A DNA stretch of 53,980 nt, the filler included, from Streblomastix strix (taxonomy: Eukaryota), in NCBI GenBank assembly GCA_008636045.1. It is 2 parts of 2 records of this genome, joined end to end, with 100 filler letters (N's around TTAATTAATTAA, not from the genome) between each part and the next. Parts side by side here need not be neighbours in the genome. Positions count along the whole stretch, not along the records: positions 1 to 26,951 come from SNRW01000153.1; 1 more part is not named here. One strand, 5' to 3'. This document shows, one piece after another, positions 1 through 13,159 of the stretch. The notes under the pieces are model-generated. The model was given only the letters and a program-made list of their open reading frames with translations. It made no database searches and was not told where the DNA came from. The position numbers were made by a program, and so were the translations under genes. Position 1 is the first letter of the stretch. Each line of letters starts with the position of its first letter.

Positions 1-429
1 ATTGCTCTCTCGCACTAATTAGGAAATATATTTTAATTTCATTAATAGACACCTCTGAGATAATCATCTCGATACATTTTTATTATGCTTATTAGTAAAA
101 GAACTTTCTCATCGAGGTGAAAAGTGCGGCGGACGGACTTTTTGTCCTCCCGGTATCATTATAGTTTTTGTATTAGTAAATGTGTATTAAATCATATAGT
201 TAATAAAATTTAATTTAAAACAAATTCATAAAGCTATAATTTAAAAATAATTGAATAGAAATGAAATAATAATTATTATTGCTTTTTCAATAGATTGATA
301 CGTAAATATATCTATATAACCTAGAAACAATGAATTATTATATTTATATTAAAAATATTTATTATCGATAATTTAAATGTATATATTTGATTGGGCATAA
401 AATATATGTCTATTTTTTTCGTGAGAAGG

Positions 430-1040
430 GGCAAAAGTAGTTTAGTTACATATGAAAAATTTGATATAATTTTTATTGTTAAAGCTTCTGTATTATTTAA
501 ATTTCCAGTTACACCGAAGTTAAAGCGTTTGAATATTTTTTTATGAAGTTAATTTTTCTGAGATACGCATTCTTCATGATGAACAAGTTCATATTCAAGT
601 TCAAATTTTGCAGCTCGCTTCAATGTATGTAAACCAGGAACACTAATTGCTTGAGTAACTCCAATGAAAGGACCATATTACGAGCTTGATGAAAGTAGCT
701 AATTTGTAAAAAACGAAATACTTTAGTAATAAATCATTGCTGATGTTTGAGAAAGAGCTACAGTTTGTATTTGCTGTTTAAATTTAATAAGAAGTGCACT
801 CGCTTCATTGTATCTACAGTAATCAAAAGACGAGAAAACTGTTATAACTCGGTTCTCGTGTGTAGTCATAAACCCACAAGAGAAAAACTAATGAGCGCGT
901 ATTGCCATATCAATGCGGTTTGTTGCTATAAATCGTCTGCATGTATCAAGACTGAATGTATATCTATTTCCATTTGATAAGTCTATATCTCCAGGATCAG
1001 TCCATAATGTTGTTTGCTATGTGTTCTACTCCATAGATCA
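430..1040 (-). pseudogene. PPP-family Ser/Thr protein phosphatase, C-terminal catalytic fragment (5' part not recognisable)
   Basis: Minus-strand translation with TAR=Gln gives TLWTDPGD...RRFIATNRIDMAIRAHQ(TAG)FFSCGF...RVITVFSSFDYCRYNEASALL, matching PPP motifs LWSDP / IRAHQ / TVFSAPNYC. No GDxHG or GDYVDRG found upstream. Boundaries approximate. Confidence 0.7.
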
Positions 1041-1562
1041 TGGATGACCAAAGTTGTATTCTTTCTACATTATATTTTCACATTCTCGGAAATAATTAAA
1101 TCGCTAAAGCTGATTAAGCTCAAGTTCAAACTAAGATACTAACGAGGACATTTCTGTTCATAGTTCAATAGTTCAAGAAGAATAATATTTCGATTAGTTT
1201 ATAGGATATTGTAATGAATAACGTATTTATAAGCCTTTCATCCAATACAAACACAACAGATACTTATACGTAAGGTTCTGTTAGAACTAAAAGTTATTGA
1301 AAATAAATTAATAAATAAAATTTGTTCTTGAGTTAATGCAGGAATATTGACTTAAATTATTTATTTTTCTAGGGATTTAATTTAGTCCCTTGATTGACGT
1401 GGATATTTATGTATAAATTTTCAACACAAATGAGTCTAGCTGATATCCGCCACTCCAGTTCATAATTAATTGATTCAAAAATTAATCGTTTTACTTTTAT
1501 TTAAATTTTACCTTTTATCTCATATTAAATAGAAATACAAGCAGCAACTACACAAGCAGCAA

Positions 1563-2588
1563 TAACACAACGAAATTTTCACATTTGGCTCTTATAACTG
1601 TTTTGAAATAGTTATTAGAGATAAAGATGGATATATAAATGGTACAAAATTTGTATCTTTAATTAGTAAAAAATGAAAAATAAAGCAAACAATTACAGAA
1701 AATAATTTCATCTCTGATGTATAGAGAATACAAATAACACATCCAAAATATTCGTCAGGCATAATTAACCCAAAAATAATTAAATTATTTATTGAGAAAT
1801 AAATTTAGTAACAAAACAAGTGGACAAATTTTCTTAAGAAATTTGTAAATGTGATGTGTGTGAATGCCTAATATTCTTTCAATACTAATAATTACATTAA
1901 CAACGAAATACAATTAAAGAATCATAATCAGGGTGAAAACATCATATTACAACACAGTTTGAATGCTCAATATCCTTCTAACTCAAAAAATTTAAATGAA
2001 ACCAAAATAAAATTAAAGAAGCCGAATCAGATTTAAGCTATCATTCAATAAAAAAGTCTGAAAGCTCAATATCTTTCCAACTCAATTAATTAAATTGAGA
2101 ATATGACACAATTAAAGAATCTGGATCAGATTATATTCATCACTTAATAACAAAGTCTGAATGCTCGAAATCTTTTCAATTCAAATAATTAAATTGAGAA
2201 TTTGACGTTAATAAAGAATCCGGATCATAATGAAATAATAACCCGATATCAAAGTTTGAATATTCAATGTCTTTCCTACACAAATAATTTAATTGACAAC
2301 AAAATACAAATAAAGAATCCGTATCAGATTTAATCCATCATTCAATAACGAAGTCTGAATGATCAATTTACTTTCAACTCAAATAATTCAGTTGAGAATA
2401 TGACACAATTAAAGATTGCAGATCTGAATTAATCTATTAATCAATAATAAAATGTGAATGCTCAAAATCCTTTCTATTCAAAAAATAAAATTGAAAATAT
2501 GACGAAATTAAAGAATCGTGATCATAATTATTTTTTCAAATGTCCATAAAATGATTTGATGTTTAATATTTTCAATTAATTCTGCTGA
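1563..2588 (+). CDS. KilA-N domain protein followed by about 7 tandem 33-aa repeats; one in-frame TGA (1674-1676); start uncertain
   Basis: Single frame reads HNEIFTFGSYNCFEIVIRDKDGYINGTKFVSLISKK*KIK (KilA-N-type IRDKDGYINATK motif) and continues without frameshift through the repeat array to TGA 2586-2588. Confidence 0.55.
1860..2530 (+). repeat. Degenerate 99-bp (33-codon) tandem repeat, about 7 copies
   Basis: Anchor aattaaagaatc and variants recur near 1912, 2011, 2110, 2209, 2308, 2407 and 2506; unit approx. SLNAQYLSNSNNQIENMTQLKNPDQIQSIIQQK. Confidence 0.9.
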
Positions 2589-2759
2589 CAATAAATCAAT
2601 CCGATTTATTAGTAAGTTATATTTGAATGAATAAATATAAAAAAGATTAGTTTGTTGATAAACAGTTATACTAATAATGTTTTATCAAATAAAAATTGCA
2701 AAAAATAACATATGAATCAATTTTATCTATTATATTTTTATTGTTAATACAAAAAATTA

Positions 2760-3330
2760 TTTAAAGAAATTCAAATTTTAAATTTTATCAAATATGAAGA
2801 ATATAAAGAAGGAATTTGCTGTTTACAAAGCAGCTCGTCGTTTGAATCCAAATTTTCCACTTTGATTAATTTTTCATTGCAAATCAAAAAAGAATCAGAG
2901 GGTGAAACTGAGGTATAGGATACAGGAATTGGATCAAGAATGACTTCATTGACTTTCTAATCTATGTTGTCAAATGCTGAAATACGCCATATATTAGCAA
3001 AAGAATCATTAATGAATATCTTTAAAGAAACAACGAAGAAATCGCCTAATTATTCAAACTTACCTGGACTTCTAACTAAGATTGCATATTCAAAATCTGA
3101 AGCTAGAAAACTCTATGAGGAATTATTAATATTATATTCAAGGAATTCAATGGTTTTCAGAAATTTAGCTATATTAATGAGAGATATGTTTATGCATGAT
3201 GATGATGCAGAGATCTTATTCTAAACGTGCTGACACAATTGAGCAGGAAATGTCAGTGATTCAATAATTTTAAAGAAAATAATATAAAGAATATTGAAGA
3301 CAAAGTGCAAAGGAAAGAAGAACGTATCTA
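2760..3330 (+). pseudogene. Fragment of a TmcB/TmcC-like protein (TPR-like segment), frameshifted
   Basis: AVYKAARRLNPNFPL*LIFHC ... SEARKLYEELLILYSRNSMVFRNLAILMRDMFMHDDDAEILF, then frameshift to KRADTIEQE. Resembles the Y..LL..YP.S..VLR.YA....D..A....A..IE pattern of TmcB-like proteins (from memory). At least two frameshifts. Confidence 0.5.
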
Positions 3331-3929
3331 AGAAAGTTTTTTGGATATAAATTATAAAATTGAATTTATTTATTTGAATATAAATAAAAAATAAAAAAGC
3401 TCTATTAAAGAAATATTAAAAATTATTTCAGATTTCTTTCTTATTGTTATTACAGTCTTTATCATCCTCTATTTATTCAATTATTTCAATTAATATATAT
3501 TCAAATCTTGATGGCCTTCTTCTTTTTTTCTTTTTATGCATTTTATTTGCATTATGAAGGAATTATTAGTTCAGATCAACTAGATAATTTTGAGTAAAAA
3601 TAGAAGAAAAACTTTATTAAATCGAAGAATTTGATGGATATATGTGAATTATTTTCCAATATTCTGAGAATTTTTCAATTTAAAACTATTAATTATCTTA
3701 TATCTTTTGAATAATACGATTTGAACTAGTTATTCCATTATTTTATAATAAACATTTCTATAATTTGGATATAATTATTTGAAAGATATTTATTCAAATT
3801 ATCTTTAAAGATAAAATAATGCAAAATGGCAAATGAATCCTTAGATATTTGAAAAATGTTAGTGTAATTTAATTGGGTGATTTTTTTATTCATACTTTAT
3901 TTAGCTGTTTGTTTCTATGAATTAGTTTT

Positions 3930-4850
3930 ATATGAATGAAGTTAAATGTAGAATAATTGATATAATGAGAAGTGGCGCAGTTGATTGCCACTTTTTCGAG
4001 CTGAATTTTAACCCTCAGCTGGGTTATTTGTTGTTTTATGAAGATATTAGCTGTCCTGAAGAGCATAGTTCATGAAGAATTGTTTATATTTAAGTTATTA
4101 CTCAAAAATTTGTTTTCCAAATTATGATTAGTATCCGAGAATATTAGACATATTATTTATATTCATATTAGTTTGAAATTCATTATTATCCATAATATCA
4201 TTTTAATATAATTCACGTACAGATTATATTTGATATTCAGACAAATATTTTATAGCATATGTTTCTATGTCGCGATTTATATGTCAAATGCAAATTATTC
4301 TTTATGATTGCGGAAAAACTGTTCCAATTGTGTTTAGTAATGCTAATTCTCTGACTGAGTGAAAAATTGCTAGATTCAAATCAGTTATTTGGCTAAAAAC
4401 TTATAGAGTTTAAACATAAGATTCTTCGTTTTTATGTTGCATGAAAATGAAGGAAACACAAATGTAATGCATAGTAAGTAGAAGCGTTGAAATAATTATC
4501 AGTTGATACCCATTGCAATTAGTGCCGAAAGTTCCGTCAATATTTATGTTTTGATGATTTATGTCGAATGTTTGTTTACATTATTAATTTAACAAGCACT
4601 CAAATTATATTTCATCATAAAAATTTATTGTTTTAAATATGCATTCTTCTATATTTAACATATCAAACATGTTCTGAATTTGGTGAGGTGGTGATTTATC
4701 TAATTAATTTTAATTAAATCGTGTATTGTTTATAGCTTTGACTCCTATTAAATCTTTATCATTTCTTTGTCATCTTTAATTAATTGCATTCTTCGTCTGT
4801 TTTGGTTCAATATTGGATAAATGCACATCGTTTATTTACTCTTTCTCTTC
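3930..4850 (-). mobile_element. Degenerate Mutator (MULE) transposase
   Basis: Minus strand: INIDGTFGTNCNGYQLIII (~4545-4490), VRELALLNTIGTVFPQS (~4355-4305) and HKTTNNPAEGQNS (~4040-4000) match MULE motifs DGTF..YQL, D.E.AL..A...VFP and TTN..E..N. Frameshifts between blocks. Confidence 0.75.
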
Positions 4851-6197
4851 GTTCGTCAAAGTATCTTCTTACTTTAAAGACGAGGTTTTTTTCTAAATGG
4901 TGATTATGTGTGATTTTTTTTGTCACTACTTCTCATCTTTGTTTCTTTTTTGAATACGAAGCGTAAATTTCAAACGTACAGCCAATTTTTTTGGAAGATC
5001 TCACAATCTTTTTTTTCTATTATTTATCTTCTTATTTATTTATTTCTCCTTCATCATTTTTCTTATCTAACTGAATTTAATCAGGCTAATCAATCTTAAT
5101 TTTTTCTTCACTATTCACTTTATTCGTTATTTTTTCACTTATTTCTTTTTTTTCTTTCTTTGATTTATTTTTTTTCCTTCTCCTAATTCGCACGTAATTG
5201 TGAAGTTTCTTCCTTTTGTTGATATAAATATTATTAAATTCTGATCAATATCTTAAGCTCATCAATTAATTTATTTATTTTCATTATCGAAAAATTTTAA
5301 GAATTAAATTATTAAAATTAATCAAAAAATAAACAATATTTTTTTTAAGGAGAATAAGAAATGTGGCTCTCTCTACAGGCACCCCAATTCGAGAGTGTTC
5401 AAACCTAAAGCTTTGCATATTTTTGCTTATAAATTTAACTGTATTAGTATTTAAATATATCAAATGTAACGTTTAATAAAATTTATATAAATTTTTGGTG
5501 AATTAAAATGAATTTCTTTAAAAAATCTTAGAAATAAGAAATTACCTAATAATTGAACTAATTTTTTGAATTTTATAAATAATTTATATTATTTAAATAC
5601 ATTATATTAGTCAATAATAATAATAATTATATATATAAAGGTATATATGTGGGTAATTATTTGTACAATTCAATGTTTTGTACAAAGTGGATAACTTCTC
5701 AATTTAGTATTAAAATTTTAATATATAATTTATTTACCTTAAATTTTTAATAAAAAAATTTTGCAAAATCAAACTCGATTAAAAAATCAAATTTTTTCGA
5801 AAAATATATTTTTAAGCTAATTTTCTATTAAATCAAATTAAAACATATTTAAAATTTTAAAACTACTTTTAATAGAAAATTTTTATACTTTTTATATTTA
5901 ATGTTCAATTATTAAGAAAACAAATAAAAAATTTTTTTACTTTTTTTTTTAATTGATAAAGAAGGAAATTTGATATGTTTGTTATATAAAATTTTAAAGT
6001 TTTGCTATATTAAATTTAATTTTTTATTTCAAAAATAAAAGTTATCAACCGGCGAATTCAGCAAATAATTGCTCATATTAATTTTTATTTCTACTCAGAA
6101 AAATTTTTACAGTTAAGTAAAAACATTCCGATTACATGAGTTTGATTAGGTACTATGGGTTAAATTAGGAAATTTTGTTCGGAATATATAATATATA

Positions 6198-7491
6198 CAG
6201 TTCGTTTCGTTTCTTGGTTTTTGGTTTATTTTTCAATGAAAATATAATTATTTTTTTTAAAATTTTCATTAAATTTTATATAAAGAACTTCATTTTAAAT
6301 CATTTTAATATTAATTTCGAATATTTATTGAATAAATATTTAAATTATTGACATGTCATATTTTGTCTCTCATTTTTATGATGGTACATTGGACGCTTCA
6401 AAATTTTTTTACTCGTTTCCGTTTAACGGATTCTTTTGAAGCATCGGGCACGGCAGCGTTATCAGCAACAATTTGAGCTTCCATCTCTACAAATGCATTA
6501 TGGTCAATTGCTGCTACAAGCTTTCCTCCATGCATTTCAGCCTTAATACCGCGTGCTCTAAAACTATTTCCAATTGTAATAATTGTAGCTGTCTTTTATG
6601 TGGCATTAATTGCGTTTGTCAATATTTATCTTAGCAACATTTTTGAAATTGCAACCTTTTCCTGTTAGTAATTTATCTTTAGTGCAATGAACTGCGAGAT
6701 TGCCAACCAGAAGCACTCCTTCGGCATTGTGTGGTAATCATTCGATTTTTCGTTGGTTAACAAAATAAGGATCGACAATTTCTTTGACCCACCGTATGCA
6801 TAATTCTGAATTCATCGTATTTGTTAGACGCTACGCTATTATTGCATTTCAGTTTTACAATACCCTATTTTATAGTTGCTCATTGCTGTCAAGATTTCCT
6901 TTACGCTTATCTCTTTTGTTAGATCTTTACGCCAATTTATGTACGATTACTCTCTAGGAAATAAGAGTACCAGTTTCTAGAAATAACAACTTTTGTTCTG
7001 TGATACACCTCCGAACGAAATATCCTTGGCGAAAAAGGTTTGAGATGTTTAATATATTGATTTCTGACCCATTGTACTATTGGCTTTTCTTACTTAGCAG
7101 TCAACTTATAGCACTTCTTTGAGCCTTTTTTCTGGTAAACTCGTCCTAGTTTTATCATGTTAATGTACTGTTTTGTACAATCAATAAGTGAGGCCAACAT
7201 GATATCTGATGCATTCAGAATATTGTATGATCTAATTAGAGACAATATTCGTGCTGCAATAACAGATCTTGAAGCAAATGCAAGTTTTGCCATTTTTTCA
7301 ATTAAGAACATGTTGTGACAATATGAGAGTCACTTTATAGCATTACTGGTAGTTCTCTTAGTATCATTCCTAAGCACCATGAAATAAAAATAAAATTGAT
7401 CAAAATTTCTTTAGCCTAACGCAATTTTATAAATCCCAAAACGAGGGAAAAAATACAAAATAAACCAAAACCTAAAACACGAAACGGACTG
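6198..7491 (-). mobile_element. pogo/Tc1-mariner superfamily DNA transposon (DDE_1 transposase relic) with ~33-bp TIRs and TA flanks
   Basis: Left TA|CAGTTCGTTTCGTTTCTTGGTTTTTGGTTTATT vs reverse complement of right end TA|CAGTCCGTTTCGTGTTTTAGGTTTTGGTTTATT (30/35 identical). Internal minus-strand TMNSELCIRWVKEIVDPYF...GVLLVGNLAVHCT and TIGNSFRARGI are DDE_1-like. Confidence 0.85.
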
Positions 7492-10400
7492 TAATTGATA
7501 TTATAGGATTTACAATAAAAAATATAATATTTGTTCTGCTTCCTTGTTCTCTTTGGAAAAATTCTGATTTCTGTTGGGGTGCGCCATTAATATTTTATTG
7601 CATTTATGAGATAATATTTATTTATCATTAATTAACACAGGACTATATTATTTAAGTTAATATATAATTATTTCAATTTTATACCCAATTGTGGTTTCGA
7701 TCGAGAAATATAATTCTGCAAATTATATTACAAAATGGTTGAGAAATAATAACGCACTGAGTTCTAACATTAGGGAAAGAGTATGCTAAAAACAAGTCTA
7801 CGGTGCATAGGTCTGGAGTACGTCATGATTGATGACTATTTCTTCGATCATCAGCAATCAATTAGCTCGTATAAAAGATGTTGTTGATAAAAAATTGTGT
7901 AAATTTTCATTATAATAGATTCAATTTTAATTTTTATAAATCAATTTGAAATGAATAGAATCTTTTCATCGTAATGATTTGTGTAGTGTTGCTTGTAAAG
8001 CTACGCCTATTGCCTAGTAACCGATCTTTTATATTGATAAAATACAAAATTAGCTCCATTCATGAACTACTTGTAGGAATGAATACATAACTTAAATCAA
8101 TTTGAATATTTCCAACTTCATTTCACGAATCAGTGTTTAAATATTAAGGACTTTAAATCCTTTTTTAACTCCGAAATTTTGATCATGAAATGATTTTCTT
8201 CTCTTATGATTTTACTGAAGACTATCATCTGTAGTACACCAATACAGAAACAAGATAGACCTTTTTCAAGAAATCAAATGCAACTTTTTTGAATTTTAAT
8301 ATATTTGAAAAGTAGATAAGTTAATTTAGAAGCGAAATTATAATTATTCAAGTATAATTAAGAACAACTACTCTATATTCTCAATTTAATGCTTAGACAA
8401 CTTTCTTTAACTAATCAATTCAAAAACAATTAAGCACTATATCTTTGTTAGTAACTATAGAACATATTTCAGATCTGAAGCATTTCTTCTTTGTATCTTC
8501 AATTGTTTGAACAAACACTTATCTGGAAAATGCTTTAAATATGTCAGCATGCAGAAAGACATGGAAAATGCTTCAACGATGAAGATATTTGTGATATAAA
8601 AAATTCCTTTCTGAATAACCTTCAAATATATTAAATATAAATATTTGAACAATTTTTTTAATTTCTATAACTTCTATCTACAAAAATTTCAACTTTTCCA
8701 TTTCTATTTAAAATTTTTATGAATTTTTTAGAAATTTAGAATTGGATTTATTATAAATTATTTTATTTTAAAAATTTAAATTAAAATTATACAAAAAAAG
8801 ATAAAAATAAATATTTAATTATATAAATTTAATACGAACTATATTATTCATAAAATATATATATTAAAACTGTAAATGTTAGATTTAAATAATATTCACA
8901 CTTTAAATATCTTAATATCATTAAAAATCTAAAAAATTCATCTATTCTTCTCATCTAGTCACATGAATTTTCCATTTAGTAATGTAAAATTTAAAACACT
9001 TATAAATTATTCAAATAAAATTTAAAACTAACATAAAAACAAAAAATTTGCGAATAACATATGTTGAAATCGTCTATTTTTGTGAAGAAAAACTTTCTGC
9101 TTTGTTTTGAAAGATACATAATTCAAAAATAAAGATATTAAGTAATATTAGCAAATCTGAAAAATATTTGGATATATACTGCTTTCTCCAAATGACAATC
9201 AGCAAATAAAATACTCATTCAAAATTCTTAAAGCAATAATAGAGAAGATATGATTTAAGTAACCGTTAACAGGTTAAGAAAAGAAAAAATACCAACTTTG
9301 GCTATAAAATGAAAAAAGTGAAAACAAACAAAGAGAAGTTTTCAAAAAATAAGTTGCAAATTTAAAAGAAATTGAAGAAATAATTTTAAATGAATTTAAA
9401 TAGAATTTTCCATTCCTTCTTTTTGATGAACAACTTTTTCTGGAATTTTATGAAAAGATAAAAGTAAAATTATTTGTACAAATTGTAATTTTCGTCAGCA
9501 ATAAAACTAATTAGATTAACAAGAAATTTTTCGCATTTGAACAATTGCTAGAATTTAGAATAATAGTTCAGAAATATTTAGATTAAATCTTAATGGAATT
9601 AATATTTATTTAAAATTCTTTTAAAGAATAAATAAAAATTATTTTAATTTAAAAGTTTAATTTATTTTAGTTTAAAAAATTAGTAAATTAAATATTATTT
9701 ATTTGAATATTTAATTATATAATTTAAATTTGTAAATTAGATTCATAAAATTTAATATTTTTTTAAATTCTTTACTCAAATATTAGAAATATAGTACAAA
9801 TAGTTCATATTCGATGAAATTGAAGAATTCCAAGCTTATAATATCATTTTATTTTAAAGATCAATCCGCAATTATTGAAAATTTTTTAGATAAATTTAAT
9901 ATCAAGTTTTGTCAGTTTGCAATATAAAACTAAAAGATCTTTACTATATCCCAATATTATCTGCTGAACAATTAGTTTCTCAAGATCAAGTCATAACGTT
10001 TGTGCTTCCTATTGGTAAATTCCTAAAATTATATACAACAAAATTGTCGCGGTAAGAGATACATCTGATGTAGAGATTATCCCTGATTAGTTGCATAATC
10101 AGTTTAAAGGTTTTGTAAAAATGTTAACGGAATGGGTCATATTCCGAAACACATTGCACGGTAACGATAGAACTTGCTATTAAATGTGAAGCCTAAGAAT
10201 GGTTTAAGTTTTTCTTTAATAACGATATAGTGAAATGCGCTTTCTAAATAGATTTCTATAGGAAGAGTAATAAGGTCTGTTTTACTATCCGTCTGCTTTG
10301 AAATTAATAGTTCGTTAAAAATTTGGGGATAAGTTATTGTTACTGTAGCATAATAGAGAATATTAATTTTTTGTAAGAATTTTATGAAAATTTATTTACT

Positions 10401-11349
10401 AATTTTGCATCATTGAATGATCATTCCGTATATTCAATTATTTATGTATTTTAGATAATTATTTAGTCAAATTTTCTATATTTAATATTTTTTTTGTCAT
10501 TGATCCTTAAAATTATTAATTTTTCATTCATTAAATATTATTGATTAAATATTGGTGATTCTCCTTAAATTTTTACACTGTTTTAGTACGAATATACTAA
10601 AATCTCTAATTTATAAAAAAATTCTCAAAAATAATATAACCGTATAAAATAGATTATCTAAAATAATATCCAAAAGTAATTGGCAAAAGAAACAGTCAGC
10701 GCAATGAAATTTAACTCATAAAATAAACTTATTTCATTATTGTTTTTCAAAAACTATCTTCTTAAATCGTTTCAATTTACCTTTTTCATTCATCTACAAC
10801 ATCAATAATATTCATTTTTCTTTTTCATTCATTTTACTCAAAAATTTATTTTCATTTTTCATTGCGATTTATTATTTTTCAACAATGCTTTCTAATTATT
10901 TTACAAGAGTAAATTCTGGGAGCAGACCGTTTCTTTTGCCTTCTATTTACGTTCAGTCATAAAATATGATTAAATAATTGATGATTTGATTTTTCCAATC
11001 AGATCAATCTTAGTCAACAATTCTTGTATCTCATTTATATTTATTAGAATTTTATTAGCATGAACGGCATTGAACTAACCACATTTTTTATTCAGATCAT
11101 CACTATTTGCAATAGCAAATATATTTAATATTTCATAGATTGTTTCAATCGCAAACAATTTATTGCAACATTGGTCAACAAAGAAATACATCATCGTATT
11201 TATCTTGACATGGAAATTTTGAAATATAAACGTGAATCATGAAATGCAATAAATATAATTCCATTCAATTAGCCATTCATTAATACCATATAATACCGTT
11301 TTGATTTTGTCAAAGAAAAGTTTTATAACACTTTTCACATTCATTTTAT

Positions 11350-11757
11350 TAGTGTAGTGATGCGAATTTTGCGCCATAAATAGTTAAATTAATGGGCTAA
11401 CATATCTTTTAGGGCTTAAAAAACGTGTTAAACAAAGAAAAAGAACAGTTTTTGAATTAATTTGACCATTTGTCCCCACACTGCTTCATGTCACGGAATG
11501 GAGATCACAACTTTCTACATTTCTCCCATAAATTAAAGAACTTTCTCCAAAAAAATATTAAAGTTGAGCTTACTTTAGATAAAACATTGGATAAAATAAT
11601 ACTCAAATAATATACACTTTGAAATTCAAAAAAATTTAGGTCAATTCAATTCAAAAACAGTTCCCTTCCTTTGTTTTGACACGTTTTTGAGGCCTTAAAA
11701 GAAAAGTTAGACCATTAATTTAACTATTTTGGGCGCAAGATTAGCTTCACTATACTA
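11350..11757. mobile_element. MITE / foldback element with ~118-bp imperfect terminal inverted repeats
   Basis: 11350-11467 (tagtgtagtgatgcgaattttgcgccataaatagttaaattaatggg...tttgacc) is the reverse complement of 11639-11757 (ggtcaatt...ccattaatttaactattttgggcgcaagattagcttcactatacta), roughly 80% identical by eye; ~170-bp non-coding spacer. Confidence 0.85.
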
Positions 11758-13159
11758 CTCACCTTCTCGAACGAAACATTATTATTCATGAAGAACTTGA
11801 CATGTTAGTTTATGATTTATCCGAAATAGGTATTATTTATATTTATGAACGGTTTGTATTATTTGATGTCATGTATCATTCTCTCTTCAATTTTAGCTCT
11901 GATTTCGAAATGGTTATAAGTTCTAATTTTGATATAATTTAAACCATCTATAATTCCAATCGCACCCCTCAAATCATTAAATTATTGAATGAAATCAGAT
12001 ATGCGATATAACTTTTATTTGATGATATCTTAATCGTATGAACCTTCGTTGATAATGATTTCAAAATTAATACATCCAAACTTAAATTTATTTTTATGTT
12101 GTTGCTATAGATTCTTATCCAAATATTTGTTGAAAAAGTAGAACTATTCATTTGTTTATTTATCTTCTTATTTTATCATTTTCATAATCAAATGATTAAT
12201 TTGATCGATTTTAAGATTTTTTTTGCTTACGAAATTGATGCCTTTTGTTGTAACATTCTTGAACCAAATCCTTGGGCATAAATCTGTAACGAATCTGAGT
12301 TCTTGATTTTTCGAGGTTTTTGAACATGGTTTCGAAGATATTTAATAACTATATTGTTTTCTACTTATTATTATACATGATTAATTCATCTTTGTATTTT
12401 ATATAACCGATCTTTGAATTTTGATGAATATTTTAGGAAATCTGCCACTTGTTTCATTTATAACAGCTGCACCAATAGCAACATTAGTTTCTCATAAAAT
12501 TAAAGTTGTATATTTTGCAAATTCCACTTTAGAAAGTATTTTTTTGAAAATACTACCTCAAAGATATATTTCATCATTACCATTAATGGTTTAAAAGCAT
12601 TACTGCATTTAATTCGACGATTTTTCATTTTCTAAAATAATTTGCCACACTTATCAAATGTGAAAGTTAACAGCTTCTTTTGTGATGAAAAAATTATACT
12701 AGGTTGTGGCCTAATTGCTGTTTCAAGTCATACATTTAGTTAAGCATCGGATTTCAGATAAAGTTTTTTACATAGAGCAAAACGAAACAATTAACAAGAA
12801 TATTCTAAAGCATATTTCAGATTGTATTCGATATCATCTGCGAATTTTTGATATATAATACCCGTTGTATTTCATATTAGCATAAACTATTTTTATAATT
12901 ATTTTTTCATATCTTCTCGTTCAATTAGTTTTTGGTAAAATATTATTTGAATTAATATTTTTTTTGGCTTCATGATTATATACTAAATTATACACTTTTG
13001 CGTATGTAATAGCAATTATATAATTTCAGAGAATTATTAGTAAAAAATGAGCAGTTTTATTTAAATAAATTTTTATTTGTTGGTATAAAATTTATAAATG
13101 AAATGTTTTTGTGTTTACATGAGTTAGTGCGAATAAATTTATCAGTCATCTGTTTCCAT

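Noticed and set aside
1860..2530. Regularly spaced repeats as a CRISPR array
   Set aside because: The whole 99-bp unit is homologous with no unique spacers, it is codon-phased, the context is eukaryotic and no cas genes are present.
7600..12950. Scattered coding-like stretches (8455-8652, 9800-10300, 10700-11340, 11760-12900)
   Set aside because: They look like decayed genes, but I could not recognise any family motif.
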